Positions 9,129 through 18,437 of a DNA stretch of 64,000 nucleotides are shown in pieces (within the stretch, counting starts at the first letter, position 1; each line of letters starts with the position of its first letter). The DNA comes from an uncultured Clostridia bacterium (lineage in GTDB: Bacteria > Bacillota > Clostridia > TANB77 > CAG-508), in contig CANRED010000002.1 of the NCBI GenBank assembly GCA_947629555.1, positions 3,071-67,070 on the forward strand. Reading direction: 5' to 3'. The translations under genes were made by a program, and so were the position numbers. The notes under the pieces were generated by a model. It did not search any database, was not told the origin of the DNA, and worked only from the letters and a program-made list of their open reading frames with translations.

Positions 9129-9167
9129 ATGCATACAATGAAGAAATTCATTGTATGCATTTTTTTG
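9129..9167 (+). terminator. rho-independent terminator
   Basis: ATGCATACAATG (9129-9140) pairs with CATTGTATGCAT (9149-9160), followed by TTTTTT. Confidence 0.8.
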
Positions 9168-9248
9168 CTCAAAATCATTATTTAAAACATTGTAAAAATA
9201 ATGTATAAATGATATAATCATAAAATAAATTACAAAAAGGAGGAAAAT

Positions 9249-9929
9249 ATGTCTTTTATTATAGGAATAGATGGACCAGCAGGAAGTGGTAAGGGAACAT
9301 TAACAAAATTAATAGCAAAAAAATTTGGATTAACACATATAGATACAGGAATAACTTATAGAGCAGTGGCAAAAGCGGTATTAGATAATAATATAAAGTT
9401 AGATGAGAAAGAAAAAATAATAGAAATAGCAAGAAATGTAGACATACAAATAGTGCCTGAAGAAAATGTAGATAAAGTATTCTTAAATGGAAAAGATGTA
9501 ACTCAAGATATAAGATCAAAAGAAGTTACAGCAATAGTATCTCAAGTATCATCAATAAAAGAAGTAAGATTACTTATGGTAGAATTGCAAAGAAAACTAG
9601 CTAAAGGTAAGAATGTAATAATGGAGGGAAGAGATATTTGTACATATGTATTCCCTAATGCAGATATAAAAATATATTTAAAAGCATCACTGGAAGAAAG
9701 AGCAAGAAGAAGATTTGAAGAAAATAAGCAAAAGGGTATTAACATGTCTTATGAAGAAATTTTAGAAAGCATAAAATTGCGAGATGAAAATGATATGCAT
9801 AAAGAAATAGGCTCATTGCAAGTTGCAGAAGATAGTATTGTTGTAGATACAACAGGATTAGAAATTGAGCAGTCATTAGAAAAATTATCAAAAATTATAG
9901 AAGAACGTATTAAAGAAATTAAAATTTGA
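9249..9929 (+). CDS. cmk: cytidylate kinase
   Basis: IGIDGPAGSGKGT P-loop and a typical Cmk length. Confidence 0.9.
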   Translation: MSFIIGIDGPAGSGKGTLTKLIAKKFGLTHIDTGITYRAVAKAVLDNNIKLDEKEKIIEIARNVDIQIVPEENVDKVFLNGKDVTQDIRSKEVTAIVSQVSSIKEVRLLMVELQRKLAKGKNVIMEGRDICTYVFPNADIKIYLKASLEERARRRFEENKQKGINMSYEEILESIKLRDENDMHKEIGSLQVAEDSIVVDTTGLEIEQSLEKLSKIIEERIKEIKI

Positions 9930-9987
9930 TTTTATTAGTTACCATGTTTTCAAAAAAACTACTTGAACAAGAAAGGAATTAAAATTT

Positions 9988-10566
9988 ATGAAAAGAAAAA
10001 TAATTAAAGCTGTTATAAGGTTTTATATGAGAATAGTATTTAGAATAAAAATTATAGGAAAAGAAAATATACCTAAGGAAGGTGCTTGCATAATTTGTGC
10101 AAATCATAAAAGTTACTATGATCCACCTCTTGTTGTTGCTTTCAATAAAAGACATATAAATATGATAGCAAAAAAAGAATTATACAAAAATCCATTACTT
10201 GCTTGGCTTGGAAAAACTTTTGATGTATTTCCAGTAGAAAGAGATGGAAAAGATATAGAAGCAGTTAAGCATTCATTAAAAATATTAAAAAATGGAGGAA
10301 TCTTAGGAATATTCCCTGAAGGAACAAGACATGGAATGGAAAAGGGAATAAAAGTAAAAAGTGGCGCAGTACAAATGGCATTAAAAGCAGGAGTACCAAT
10401 AATACCTGCCGGAATAAATGGAGAATATAAAATATTTAGAAAAATAACAATAACTTATGGAGCCCCAATATACTATGATAAAAACGAAATAAATGCACAG
10501 AATAAAGAGAAATTAGATGAATTAACTACAGAATTGATGAATACAATAGTTGGTTTGACAAAATAA
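9988..10566 (+). CDS. plsC: 1-acyl-sn-glycerol-3-phosphate acyltransferase
   Basis: Acyltransferase motifs NHKSYYDP (HX4D) and FPEGTR. Confidence 0.85.
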   Translation: MKRKIIKAVIRFYMRIVFRIKIIGKENIPKEGACIICANHKSYYDPPLVVAFNKRHINMIAKKELYKNPLLAWLGKTFDVFPVERDGKDIEAVKHSLKILKNGGILGIFPEGTRHGMEKGIKVKSGAVQMALKAGVPIIPAGINGEYKIFRKITITYGAPIYYDKNEINAQNKEKLDELTTELMNTIVGLTK

Positions 10567-10735
10567 TACAAATGTTATATAATATATATTCGGTTTTGAA
10601 AGATAATTGCCATTTGGCATTATTGTTCAGTGAAAGAAAATCAATACTACACTTTTGTTTTTTCTTTCTCAAACAATTAGCCAAATGACTATTCTTTTTA
10701 AAAATAATATATTGAAAAAAGGAATGAGTACAGTT

Positions 10736-12544
10736 ATGAATAATAAAAATATTAGAAATGTAGCAATAATAGCACACGTTGATCATGGAAAAACAACGCT
10801 AGTAGATGCACTATTAAAACAAAGTGGTACATTTAGGGATAATGAACAAATAGAAGAAAGAGTAATGGATTCCAATGATTTAGAGAGAGAAAGAGGAATA
10901 ACAATACTTGCAAAAAATACATCTGTAATGTATGGAGATGTAAAAATAAATATAGTTGATACTCCAGGACATGCTGATTTTGGTGGAGAAGTAGAAAGAG
11001 TATTAAAAATGGTTGATGGAGTTGTACTTTTAGTAGATGCTTTTGAAGGTGCTATGCCTCAAACAAGAGAGGTTTTGAAAAAATCTTTAGCATTGAATTT
11101 AAAACCAATAGTAGTAATCAATAAAATAGATAGACCAGGTTCACGTCCATTAAAAGTAGTTGACGAAGTTTTAGAACTATTTATAGAATTAGGTGCAAAC
11201 GATGATCAATTAGATTTTCCAGTTGTATATGCTTCTGGAAAACAAGGTGTTGGAAAATTAAATTTAGATGATGAAGCAACAGATCTAAAGTGCTTATTTG
11301 AGACAATAATAAATACGATAGAACCACCAGCATGCAATCAAGATGGACCTATGCAAATGCTAGTATCAAATATAGATTATGATGAATATGTAGGAAGAAT
11401 GGCAGTAGGAAGAATTGAAAGAGGAATTATAAAAAACGGAATGCCAGTAGTTGTATGCAAAAAGGATAAAACAGAAAATGCAAAAATTACAAAATTATAC
11501 ACTTATGCAGGATTAAAAAAGATAGAAGTTGAAGAAGCACTAGCAGGAGATATAGTTGAAATTGCAGGCGTTACAGATATAAATATAGGAGATACAATTT
11601 GTGATATTAATAATCCAGAAAAAATAGATTTCGTAGATATAGATGAACCTACTGTATCAATGACATTTAGCGTAAATGATGGACCTTTCGCAGGACAAGA
11701 AGGACAATTTGTTACATCAAGACATTTAAGAGATAGATTATTTAAAGAATTAGATAGAAATGTTAGTTTAAGAGTAAAAGAAACAGATAGAGCAGAAAGC
11801 TTTGAGGTTTCAGGTAGAGGTGAATTACATTTATCTGTATTAATAGAAACTATGAGAAGAGAAGGATTTGAATTATTAGTATCTCGTCCAAAAGTTATAT
11901 TCAAAGAGGAAAATGGAAAAAAACTTGAGCCAATGGAAAGACTAGTAGTAACGGTTCCAGAAGAATTTTTAGGAAATGTAATAGAAAAATTAGGAAAAAG
12001 AAAAGGCGAAATGGTTAATATGGAGCCAACAGGAGATGGACACACAAAAGTAGAATTTAAAATACCTGCAAGAGGACTAATAGGATATAGAACAGAATTT
12101 ATGACAGATACAAAGGGTAATGGAACAATGAATAGTGTGTTTGACGGATATGAAGAATATAAAGGGGATATATCTGCAAGAACAAGAGGCACAATAGTTG
12201 CATTTGAAAAAGGAACATCTGTAACTTATGGTTTATATAATGCTCAAGATAAAGGAGAGCTATTGATAGGACCAGGTGTCGAAGTATATGAAGGAATGAT
12301 AGTAGGATTAAACTCTAGATCAGAAGATTTGGCAATAAATGTATGTAAAGAAAAGCATTTAACAAATACAAGAGCATCTGGATCAGATGATGCTTTACGT
12401 TTAGTTCCGCCATTACAATTCTCATTAGAGAAAGCAATAGAATTTATAAATGATGATGAATTAGTAGAAGTTACACCAAAAAATATTAGATTAAGAAAGA
12501 AAATATTAGATACAAAGACAAGAGAAAGAATGGCCAGACGATAA
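10736..12544 (+). CDS. typA: translational GTPase TypA/BipA
   Basis: IRNVAIIAHVDHGKTTL, DTPGHADFGGE, NKIDR. The start is placed at MNNKNIRN (ATG 10736); ATG 10724 is an alternative. The tracked 10655 start looks like an upstream over-extension. Confidence 0.9.
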   Translation: MNNKNIRNVAIIAHVDHGKTTLVDALLKQSGTFRDNEQIEERVMDSNDLERERGITILAKNTSVMYGDVKINIVDTPGHADFGGEVERVLKMVDGVVLLVDAFEGAMPQTREVLKKSLALNLKPIVVINKIDRPGSRPLKVVDEVLELFIELGANDDQLDFPVVYASGKQGVGKLNLDDEATDLKCLFETIINTIEPPACNQDGPMQMLVSNIDYDEYVGRMAVGRIERGIIKNGMPVVVCKKDKTENAKITKLYTYAGLKKIEVEEALAGDIVEIAGVTDINIGDTICDINNPEKIDFVDIDEPTVSMTFSVNDGPFAGQEGQFVTSRHLRDRLFKELDRNVSLRVKETDRAESFEVSGRGELHLSVLIETMRREGFELLVSRPKVIFKEENGKKLEPMERLVVTVPEEFLGNVIEKLGKRKGEMVNMEPTGDGHTKVEFKIPARGLIGYRTEFMTDTKGNGTMNSVFDGYEEYKGDISARTRGTIVAFEKGTSVTYGLYNAQDKGELLIGPGVEVYEGMIVGLNSRSEDLAINVCKEKHLTNTRASGSDDALRLVPPLQFSLEKAIEFINDDELVEVTPKNIRLRKKILDTKTRERMARR

Positions 12545-12619
12545 AACCTTTTTATAAAAAACACAAATATATTATTTTTATGCACCAAGGTTAAGCAATC
12601 TTTATCGGATTTTAATATA

Positions 12620-12646
12620 GTAGGGAACGACGCCCTCGTCGTTCCG
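12620..12646 (+). repeat. REP-like unit E (canonical copy)
   Basis: GTAGGGAACGACGCCCTCGTCGTTCCG has a perfect 9-bp stem GGAACGACG/CGTCGTTCC with loop CCCT. It is identical to 15348-15374 and 46397-46423 and is followed by CTTTTTG. Confidence 0.9.
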
Positions 12647-12676
12647 CTTTTTGTTATATTGATAGGAGATAAATTA

Positions 12677-13267
12677 ATGAATAAAATTGAACTACAAAAA
12701 ATAAAAGAAAAAGCACTAGAAGAACATATACCAATAATAATGGACGATACTTTAGAAGAAATACAAAAAATATTAATACAAAGTAAGCCAAATAAAATAT
12801 TGGAAATTGGAACTGCAGTGGGATATTCTGCAATATGTTTTAGCGAATTTTTAAGTGAAAATGGAAAAATAGATACAATAGAAAGAGATGCAGATAGAGT
12901 AAATGAAGCAAGAAAAAACATAAAATTAACAGAAGTAGAAGAAAAGATAAATATATATGAAGGAGACGCAGTAGATATACTTCCAACATTGAATGAAAAA
13001 TATGATATAGTATTTATTGATGCTGCGAAAGGCAAATATCCTTTTTTTCTACAACAAGCAATAAGAATGATAAAGAAAAATGGAATAATAATAGCAGATA
13101 ATGTTTTATATAAGGGATATGTAATGGGAGATTACAATAAACACAAACAGCGTACCGCAGTAAGAAATTTGCGAGAATATATAAAAGAAATAACAGAAAA
13201 TGAAAATATAGAAACAAAAATATTAGAAGTAGGAGATGGACTTGCAATAAGTAAAATAATAGCTTAA
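12677..13267 (+). CDS. class I SAM-dependent O-methyltransferase (family 3, YrrM/TrmR-like)
   Basis: SAM-binding ILEIGTAVGYS and FIDAAK motifs. Start at ATG 12677, after TAGGAGA. Confidence 0.75.
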   Translation: MNKIELQKIKEKALEEHIPIIMDDTLEEIQKILIQSKPNKILEIGTAVGYSAICFSEFLSENGKIDTIERDADRVNEARKNIKLTEVEEKINIYEGDAVDILPTLNEKYDIVFIDAAKGKYPFFLQQAIRMIKKNGIIIADNVLYKGYVMGDYNKHKQRTAVRNLREYIKEITENENIETKILEVGDGLAISKIIA

Positions 13268-13308
13268 TTAAGAACCTTTAGACATTTTGAATGTTTAAAG
13301 GTTCTTAA
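13268..13308. terminator. bidirectional hairpin terminator between convergent genes
   Basis: TTAAGAACCTTTA (13268-13280) pairs with TAAAGGTTCTTAA (13296-13308), with an inner ACATT/AATGT pairing. Confidence 0.7.
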
Positions 13309-13862
13309 ATCATTACTTTAGCATGTGCAATACAAGATAAAATAGTATCTACAATATATATTAAACATAAAATCTTAATAATAGTTGATTGAATTAAAAC
13401 AGGAATCTTTTTAATGATTCTTTTATTCAACTGCTTTTTCATAAACGGATGAATATGGTTTATAAATAAAATAGCAGAAACACCCCAAACAAAAGAAAAT
13501 AATACAGATATTCTACCGTTTAAATTAAAAAATTCATTTGTATAATCCCACCAATGAGCCATAAAAGCACCTTCAAGTGCAAAACTAACAAAATATTCAA
13601 AGGCAGAAAATACAATCATAGACATAAAAAATAGTTTAAAAGAATTTTTTTGATATTTTCTTAAAAATATTAATAAAATTAAGGCACCATATCCATAAAT
13701 AGGACACATTGGTCCAAAAAGAAAGCCTCTTTTTACAAAATGACCTAACTCGTAAACAGCATATAAAGTTTCAAAGCACCAACCTAAAAAGGCATAAATA
13801 AAAAAATATAATATATAATTTTCAAGTTTTGATAATCTAACCTTTTTATTATTATTTTTCAT
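13305..13862 (-). CDS. polytopic membrane protein (putative ABC-transporter type IV / CmpB-like family)
   Basis: Multiple TM helices and the FIYAFLGWCFETLY motif typical of that family. Start at ATG 13860-13862, after GGGGGA. Confidence 0.6.
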   Translation of the reverse strand: MKNNNKKVRLSKLENYILYFFIYAFLGWCFETLYAVYELGHFVKRGFLFGPMCPIYGYGALILLIFLRKYQKNSFKLFFMSMIVFSAFEYFVSFALEGAFMAHWWDYTNEFFNLNGRISVLFSFVWGVSAILFINHIHPFMKKQLNKRIIKKIPVLIQSTIIKILCLIYIVDTILSCIAHAKVMI

Positions 13863-13982
13863 TAATATCCCCCAATTTTCAACTGTACATATCATATCAA
13901 AAATGAATACAAAAGTAAATAACTAATGTTGATTATTTATAATATATATTATATAATTATTAGGTATTTATTAGAATTACTT

Positions 13983-14007
13983 GTAGGGGTGGCATTGTAT
14001 GCCACCC
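13983..14007 (+). repeat. REP-like variant F (GTAG plus alternative GC stem)
   Basis: GTAG followed by GGGTGGCAT tgt ATGCCACCC. Confidence 0.8.
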
Positions 14008-14034
14008 GCAATAGGTTAAAGGAGAAATATTATA

Positions 14035-15279
14035 ATGTATAATTTATTAGGAATAAGTAATGAAATAGTAGAATTATCAGAAAAAGTAGAAGAAGAATTA
14101 TCAGAAATATTTAAAAAAGTAAATAAAAATTGTGAAAAAACTAGCATGAAAGTATTAAATGCTTTTCAAGAAAATAATGTTTCAGAAATGCATTTTGGTT
14201 CAACTTCTGGATATGGATATGGAGATATCGGAAGAGACACTATAGAAAAAATATTTGCTAAAGTTTTAGGCGCAGAGGATGCGTTAGTAAGAAATCAATT
14301 CATATCTGGTACACATGCTCTAACCGTTACATTATTTGCAATGCTAAGGCCAAATGATATAATGTTAAGCATAACAGGAAAACCTTATGATACATTAGAT
14401 CAAGTAATAGGATTAGAAGAGAATGATAGTTCACTACAATCATATAATATAAACTATGAACAAATAGATTTAATAGATAGTAAATTTAACATTGAAGCAA
14501 TAAAGAAAAGAGCAGAAAAAAATGATATAAAATTAATAACAATACAGCGCTCTAGAGGATATGCTTTAAGGAATAGCTTAACTGTGGAAGAAATTGGAGA
14601 GGCAATAAAAGCAATAAGAGGAGTTAATAAAACTGCAATAATAATGGTAGATAATTGTTATGGAGAATTTGTACAAGAAATAGAACCAATAGAAGTTGGT
14701 GCAGACTTAATAGTGGGCTCATTAATAAAAAATTTAGGCGGTGGAATTGCACCAAATGGCGCTTATGTTGCAGGAAAAGAAAAATTAATAGAACTTGTTG
14801 CAGAAAGATTAACAGCACCTGGACTAGGAAAAGAAGTTGGACCAACACTTGGAATAAACAAAAGTATTTTACAAGGGCTTTTTATGGCACCACATGTGGT
14901 TGCAAGTAGTTTAAAAACAGCAATATTTGCAAGTAGAATATTGGAAAAATTAGGATATAAACCAAATCCATTATATAATGAAAAAAGAGCGGATATAGTT
15001 CAAACTATAGAATTTGGAGATAAAGAAAAATTAATAAAATTCTGTCAAGGAATACAAATGGGTTCACCAGTAGATTCAAAATCAATACCAGAACCATGGG
15101 ACATGCCAGGATATACAGACAAGGTAATAATGGCAGCAGGAGCATTTACAGCAGGTTCATCAATAGAATTAAGCTGTGATGCACCAATAAGACCACCTTA
15201 TGTTGCATTTCTACAAGGTGGATTAACCTATGAATATGGAAAATTAGGAGTTTTAAAAGCAATACAAAATATAATGTAG
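14035..15279 (+). CDS. YnbB-like PLP-dependent enzyme (methionine gamma-lyase / aluminium-resistance family)
   Basis: HFGSTSGYGYGDIGRDTIEKIFAKVLGAEDALVRNQFISGTHA matches the family N-terminal signature. 414 aa. Confidence 0.75.
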   Translation: MYNLLGISNEIVELSEKVEEELSEIFKKVNKNCEKTSMKVLNAFQENNVSEMHFGSTSGYGYGDIGRDTIEKIFAKVLGAEDALVRNQFISGTHALTVTLFAMLRPNDIMLSITGKPYDTLDQVIGLEENDSSLQSYNINYEQIDLIDSKFNIEAIKKRAEKNDIKLITIQRSRGYALRNSLTVEEIGEAIKAIRGVNKTAIIMVDNCYGEFVQEIEPIEVGADLIVGSLIKNLGGGIAPNGAYVAGKEKLIELVAERLTAPGLGKEVGPTLGINKSILQGLFMAPHVVASSLKTAIFASRILEKLGYKPNPLYNEKRADIVQTIEFGDKEKLIKFCQGIQMGSPVDSKSIPEPWDMPGYTDKVIMAAGAFTAGSSIELSCDAPIRPPYVAFLQGGLTYEYGKLGVLKAIQNIM

Positions 15280-15405
15280 GGAACAGCACACTCTTGGCTC
15301 CATTATGTAGGAGTCGATGCCCACATCGACCCGTTGGAGCTGTCACTGTAGGGAACGACGCCCTCGTCGTTCCGTTGGAGCTGTCACCGAAGGTGACTGA
15401 GGGTT
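15276..15405 (+). repeat. cluster of three REP-like units plus module 2 (BIME-like)
   Basis: GTAG at 15276, 15307 and 15348. The 16-nt direct repeat CCGTTGGAGCTGTCAC occurs at 15331-15346 and 15372-15387. The terminal hairpin is GTCACCgaaGGTGAC (15383-15397). Confidence 0.9.
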
Positions 15406-15424
15406 ATAAAAAGGAGAAAAATAA

Positions 15425-16675
15425 ATGAAGGTAATTGTAATTGGAGGAGGACCAGCAGGAATGCTAGCAGGGATTAGCGCAGCAAAACAAGGAGACTCTG
15501 TAACAATATTAGAAAAAATGAATTCATGTGGTAGAAAATTACTAATAACAGGAAAAGGAAGATGCAATATAACAAGTAGCCTCAACATGGATGAATTTAT
15601 AAAGAATATACCAGGAAATGGTAGATTTTTGTATAGTGCATTTAAAAACTTTACTAATACAGATATAATACAAATGTTAGATAAAGAAGGAGTAAAAGTT
15701 AAAGGCGAAAGAGGAAATAGAATATTCCCATTATCAGATAAATCACAGGATGTACTAAACGCACTATTAAAAATATTAAAAAAATTAAATGTTACAATAA
15801 AAACGAACGCAAAAGTAAAAGATATTATTGTAGAAAATGATGTTGCAAAAGGTGTCGTATTAGAAGATGAAAAAATATATGCAGATAAAATAATACTTGC
15901 AACAGGAGGAAAAAGTTATCCTGAAACAGGATCTACAGGAGATGGATTTAAAATAGCAAATAAAATAGGACATACTGTTACAGAATTAAAGGCATCATTA
16001 GTTCCGTTAGAAATATATGAATCATATTTATATAAACAATTACAAGGATTAAGTTTAAAAAACGTAGGAATAAAGATAAAAGATATAGAAAAAAGTAAAA
16101 TAATATATGAAGATTTTGGAGAAATGATATTTACGCACTTTGGTGTATCTGGACCAACTATATTAAGTGCTTCAGCAATATTATTAAGGTACAAAAATAT
16201 AGATGAACTATTAAAAAATAAGAAAATAAAGTTATATATAGATTTAAAACCCGCACTTACAGAAGAACAATTAGATTTAAGAATAAGAAGAGATTTTGAA
16301 GAAATAAAAAATAAGCAATATAAAAACAGTTTAGATAAGTTATTGCCTCAAAAATTAATACCTTCAATTATTTATTTAAGTGAAATAAATGAAAACAAAC
16401 AAGTTAATGAGATAACAAAAGAGGAAAGAATAAAATTAGTAAAATTATTGAAAAATTTTGAGGTAACAATAAAAATGTTTAGACCAATAGAAGATGCAAT
16501 AATAACAGCAGGAGGAATTGATACAAAACAAATTAATCCTAAAACAATGGAATCAAAAGTAATAAAAAATTTGTACTTTGCAGGAGAAATAATTGATGTA
16601 GACGCATATACTGGAGGATTTAATTTGCAAATAGCATATTCAACCGGATATACTGCGGGAATGCATATAGAGTAG
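15425..16675 (+). CDS. HI0933/BaiN-family FAD-dependent oxidoreductase
   Basis: N-terminal VIVIGGGPAGM dinucleotide-binding motif, KGRCNIT, and C-terminal GEIIDVDAYTGGFNLQ typical of the family. Confidence 0.8.
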   Translation: MKVIVIGGGPAGMLAGISAAKQGDSVTILEKMNSCGRKLLITGKGRCNITSSLNMDEFIKNIPGNGRFLYSAFKNFTNTDIIQMLDKEGVKVKGERGNRIFPLSDKSQDVLNALLKILKKLNVTIKTNAKVKDIIVENDVAKGVVLEDEKIYADKIILATGGKSYPETGSTGDGFKIANKIGHTVTELKASLVPLEIYESYLYKQLQGLSLKNVGIKIKDIEKSKIIYEDFGEMIFTHFGVSGPTILSASAILLRYKNIDELLKNKKIKLYIDLKPALTEEQLDLRIRRDFEEIKNKQYKNSLDKLLPQKLIPSIIYLSEINENKQVNEITKEERIKLVKLLKNFEVTIKMFRPIEDAIITAGGIDTKQINPKTMESKVIKNLYFAGEIIDVDAYTGGFNLQIAYSTGYTAGMHIE

Positions 16676-16683
16676 GAGATAGT

Positions 16684-17319
16684 ATGGAATTTAAATTTAA
16701 AACAATACGTGAAAATGTAACTGCACAAATTGTAGAAAAAAAGTCAAAGTTTATTGCTAATATGTTTTATGTAGAAACAATAGAAGAAGCGGATAGAATA
16801 GTAAAAGAAATAAAAAAGAAATATCATGATGCAAGGCATAATTGTTTTGCATATATATTAGAAACAGGAGAGCAAGAAGGCTTGCTTGTAAAATATAATG
16901 ATGATGGAGAGCCAAGTGGAACAGCAGGTGCGCCTATGTTAAACATACTTGCAAATGAAGGTTTATCTAATGTATTAGTTATAGTTACAAGGTATTTTGG
17001 CGGAATACTATTAGGAACAGGAGGTTTAGTTAGAGCATATTCAGAAGCGGTTAAGGAAGCATTAAATATTGCAAGTTATGTAGAAAAAACAAAAGGAAAT
17101 GTTGTAGAAATCGAAATAGAATATAATGATTTGGATAAAGTAAAATATTATTTAAAACAAAATAATATAAAAATAGTAGAAAATACATACAAAGAAAACG
17201 TTATTTTAAAGGTAGAAATGAGAAAAGAACAATTAAAAGAATTTACAAATAATTCCAAAAATATGAATTTTAAAATAATAAACTACAACATTTTAGAAGA
17301 AAAAAACATTGAAATATAA
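16684..17319 (+). CDS. YigZ/IMPACT family protein (UPF0029)
   Basis: KSKFIA...ARHNCFAY...DDGEPSGTAG motifs. Confidence 0.8.
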   Translation: MEFKFKTIRENVTAQIVEKKSKFIANMFYVETIEEADRIVKEIKKKYHDARHNCFAYILETGEQEGLLVKYNDDGEPSGTAGAPMLNILANEGLSNVLVIVTRYFGGILLGTGGLVRAYSEAVKEALNIASYVEKTKGNVVEIEIEYNDLDKVKYYLKQNNIKIVENTYKENVILKVEMRKEQLKEFTNNSKNMNFKIINYNILEEKNIEI

Positions 17320-17359
17320 ACAAAAAATTCAAAAAATAGAAAAAATTTCCAAAAAAGTA

Positions 17360-17388
17360 TTGCAATACTATTAAAATTGTACTATAAT
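17360..17388 (+). promoter_or_regulatory. sigma-A type promoter upstream of spo0A
   Basis: TTGCAA (17360-17365), 17-nt spacer, TATAAT (17383-17388). It is followed immediately by TTCGAA, which partly resembles a 0A box (TGTCGAA). Confidence 0.5.
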
Positions 17389-17437
17389 TCGAAATGTAAA
17401 ATTTTTACAAAAATTATACTTTAGAGGAGGAATTGTT

Positions 17438-18256
17438 TTGAAAGAGAAAATAACAGTTTTAATTGCAGATGACAATAGGGAATTTGTAAATACCCTAGTA
17501 GGTCATTTAGAACAAGAAGAAAATATGGAGGTAATTGCATTAGCAAAAGATGGTGAAGAAGCTTATGAAATGATTATAAACACACAACCAGATATTGTAT
17601 TATTAGATGTAATAATGCCACATTTAGATGGATTAGGTGTGCTAGAGAAAATAGGTAAGGCTAATATGGCAAAACAACCAACATTTATAATGTTATCAGC
17701 AGTTGGTCAAGATAAAATAACACAAAAAGCTATTAACTTAGGTGCAGAATATTACATAGTAAAACCATTTGATATTGAAATATTAATACAAAGAATGAAT
17801 GAAATAAAATATTATCAACCAAGTCAATCAAAAACAACATTTATAAATAAAGAGATAAGAGCTCCATACATAGATATAAGTAATACAGATAAAAAGAAAG
17901 AGGGGGCACTAGAGGCATTAGTTACAAATGTAATACATGAGGTAGGTGTACCTGCGCATATAAAAGGATATCAATATTTAAGAGAAGCAATAATGATGGT
18001 AATTGAAGATATTGAAATAATTAATCAAATAACAAAATTACTTTATCCAGAAATTGCAGAAAAGTTCCATACAACACCAAGTAGAGTAGAAAGAGCAATA
18101 CGTCATGCAATAGAAGTTGCTTGGTCAAGAGGACAAAACGAAACAGTAGAAAGTATATTTGGATATACTGTATCAGCAGCAAAAGGAAAGCCAACAAATA
18201 GTGAATTTATCGCAATGATAGCTGATAAATTAAGACTAGAATTAAAGAGTGCGTAA
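17438..18256 (+). CDS. spo0A: sporulation master regulator Spo0A
   Basis: Receiver domain ([15 protein letters not shown]) plus the Spo0A-specific C-terminal DNA-binding region ([31 protein letters not shown]). TTG start after GGAGG. Confidence 0.95.
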   Translation: MKEKITVLIADDNREFVNTLVGHLEQEENMEVIALAKDGEEAYEMIINTQPDIVLLDVIMPHLDGLGVLEKIGKANMAKQPTFIMLSAVGQDKITQKAINLGAEYYIVKPFDIEILIQRMNEIKYYQPSQSKTTFINKEIRAPYIDISNTDKKKEGALEALVTNVIHEVGVPAHIKGYQYLREAIMMVIEDIEIINQITKLLYPEIAEKFHTTPSRVERAIRHAIEVAWSRGQNETVESIFGYTVSAAKGKPTNSEFIAMIADKLRLELKSA

Positions 18257-18303
18257 TTAAATAAGAAAATTGGTCGAACGAAAGCTTTAGATGAAACTAA
18301 TAA

Positions 18304-18345
18304 ATACAAAACAGTAAGAAATTTATCTTACTGTTTTGTATGTTT
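18304..18345 (+). terminator. rho-independent terminator after spo0A
   Basis: 16-bp stem ATACAAAACAGTAAGA/TCTTACTGTTTTGTAT followed by GTTT. Confidence 0.75.
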
Positions 18346-18388
18346 AATCTATTTTAAACAATATTTTTATAAAAAACTAAAAAAAGTA

Positions 18389-18417
18389 TTGACAAAAAAA
18401 ATCGTAAGTATTATAAT
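18389..18417 (+). promoter_or_regulatory. consensus sigma-A promoter for tRNA-Gly
   Basis: TTGACA (18389-18394), 17-nt spacer, TATAAT (18412-18417). Confidence 0.65.
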
Positions 18418-18437
18418 AAATAACTGTTAGAGGTAAC

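Noticed and set aside
8920-9167. Possibility that the clpX-cmk transcription unit is a 6S-like or other structured sRNA rather than a small protein gene.
   Set aside because: I could not find the extended 5'/3' end pairing with a central bubble expected for 6S RNA; the candidate end pairing fails in its middle. A strong RBS at correct spacing favours coding. This is left as an alternative in the finding, not called as an ncRNA.
8838-9221. 127-aa minus-strand ORF between clpX and cmk.
   Set aside because: It spans a terminator, a consensus plus-strand promoter and another terminator, and has no RBS. The plus-strand 53-codon ORF with proper signals explains the region better.
10655-10735. N-terminal extensions in the ORF track: typA from 10655, carB from 46443, carA from 45288, argS from 49949, gap from 58227, spoVT to 1502.
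   Set aside because: The extensions read through promoters, terminators or REP-like repeats and lack an RBS. The conserved protein N-termini with good Shine-Dalgarno spacing begin further downstream.
11503-13035. Long minus-strand ORFs (11503..12192 and 12244..13035) antisense to typA and the O-methyltransferase gene.
   Set aside because: Same artefact: Ser/Phe/Ile-rich translations opposite clearly identifiable sense genes. The second ORF also crosses an intergenic repeat and an RBS. The same reasoning applies to 2989..3489, 6054..6395, 8350..8829, 16372..16728, 49097..49696, 50758..51396, 53602..53967, 63322..63858 and the many 60-130 aa Leu-rich antisense ORFs.
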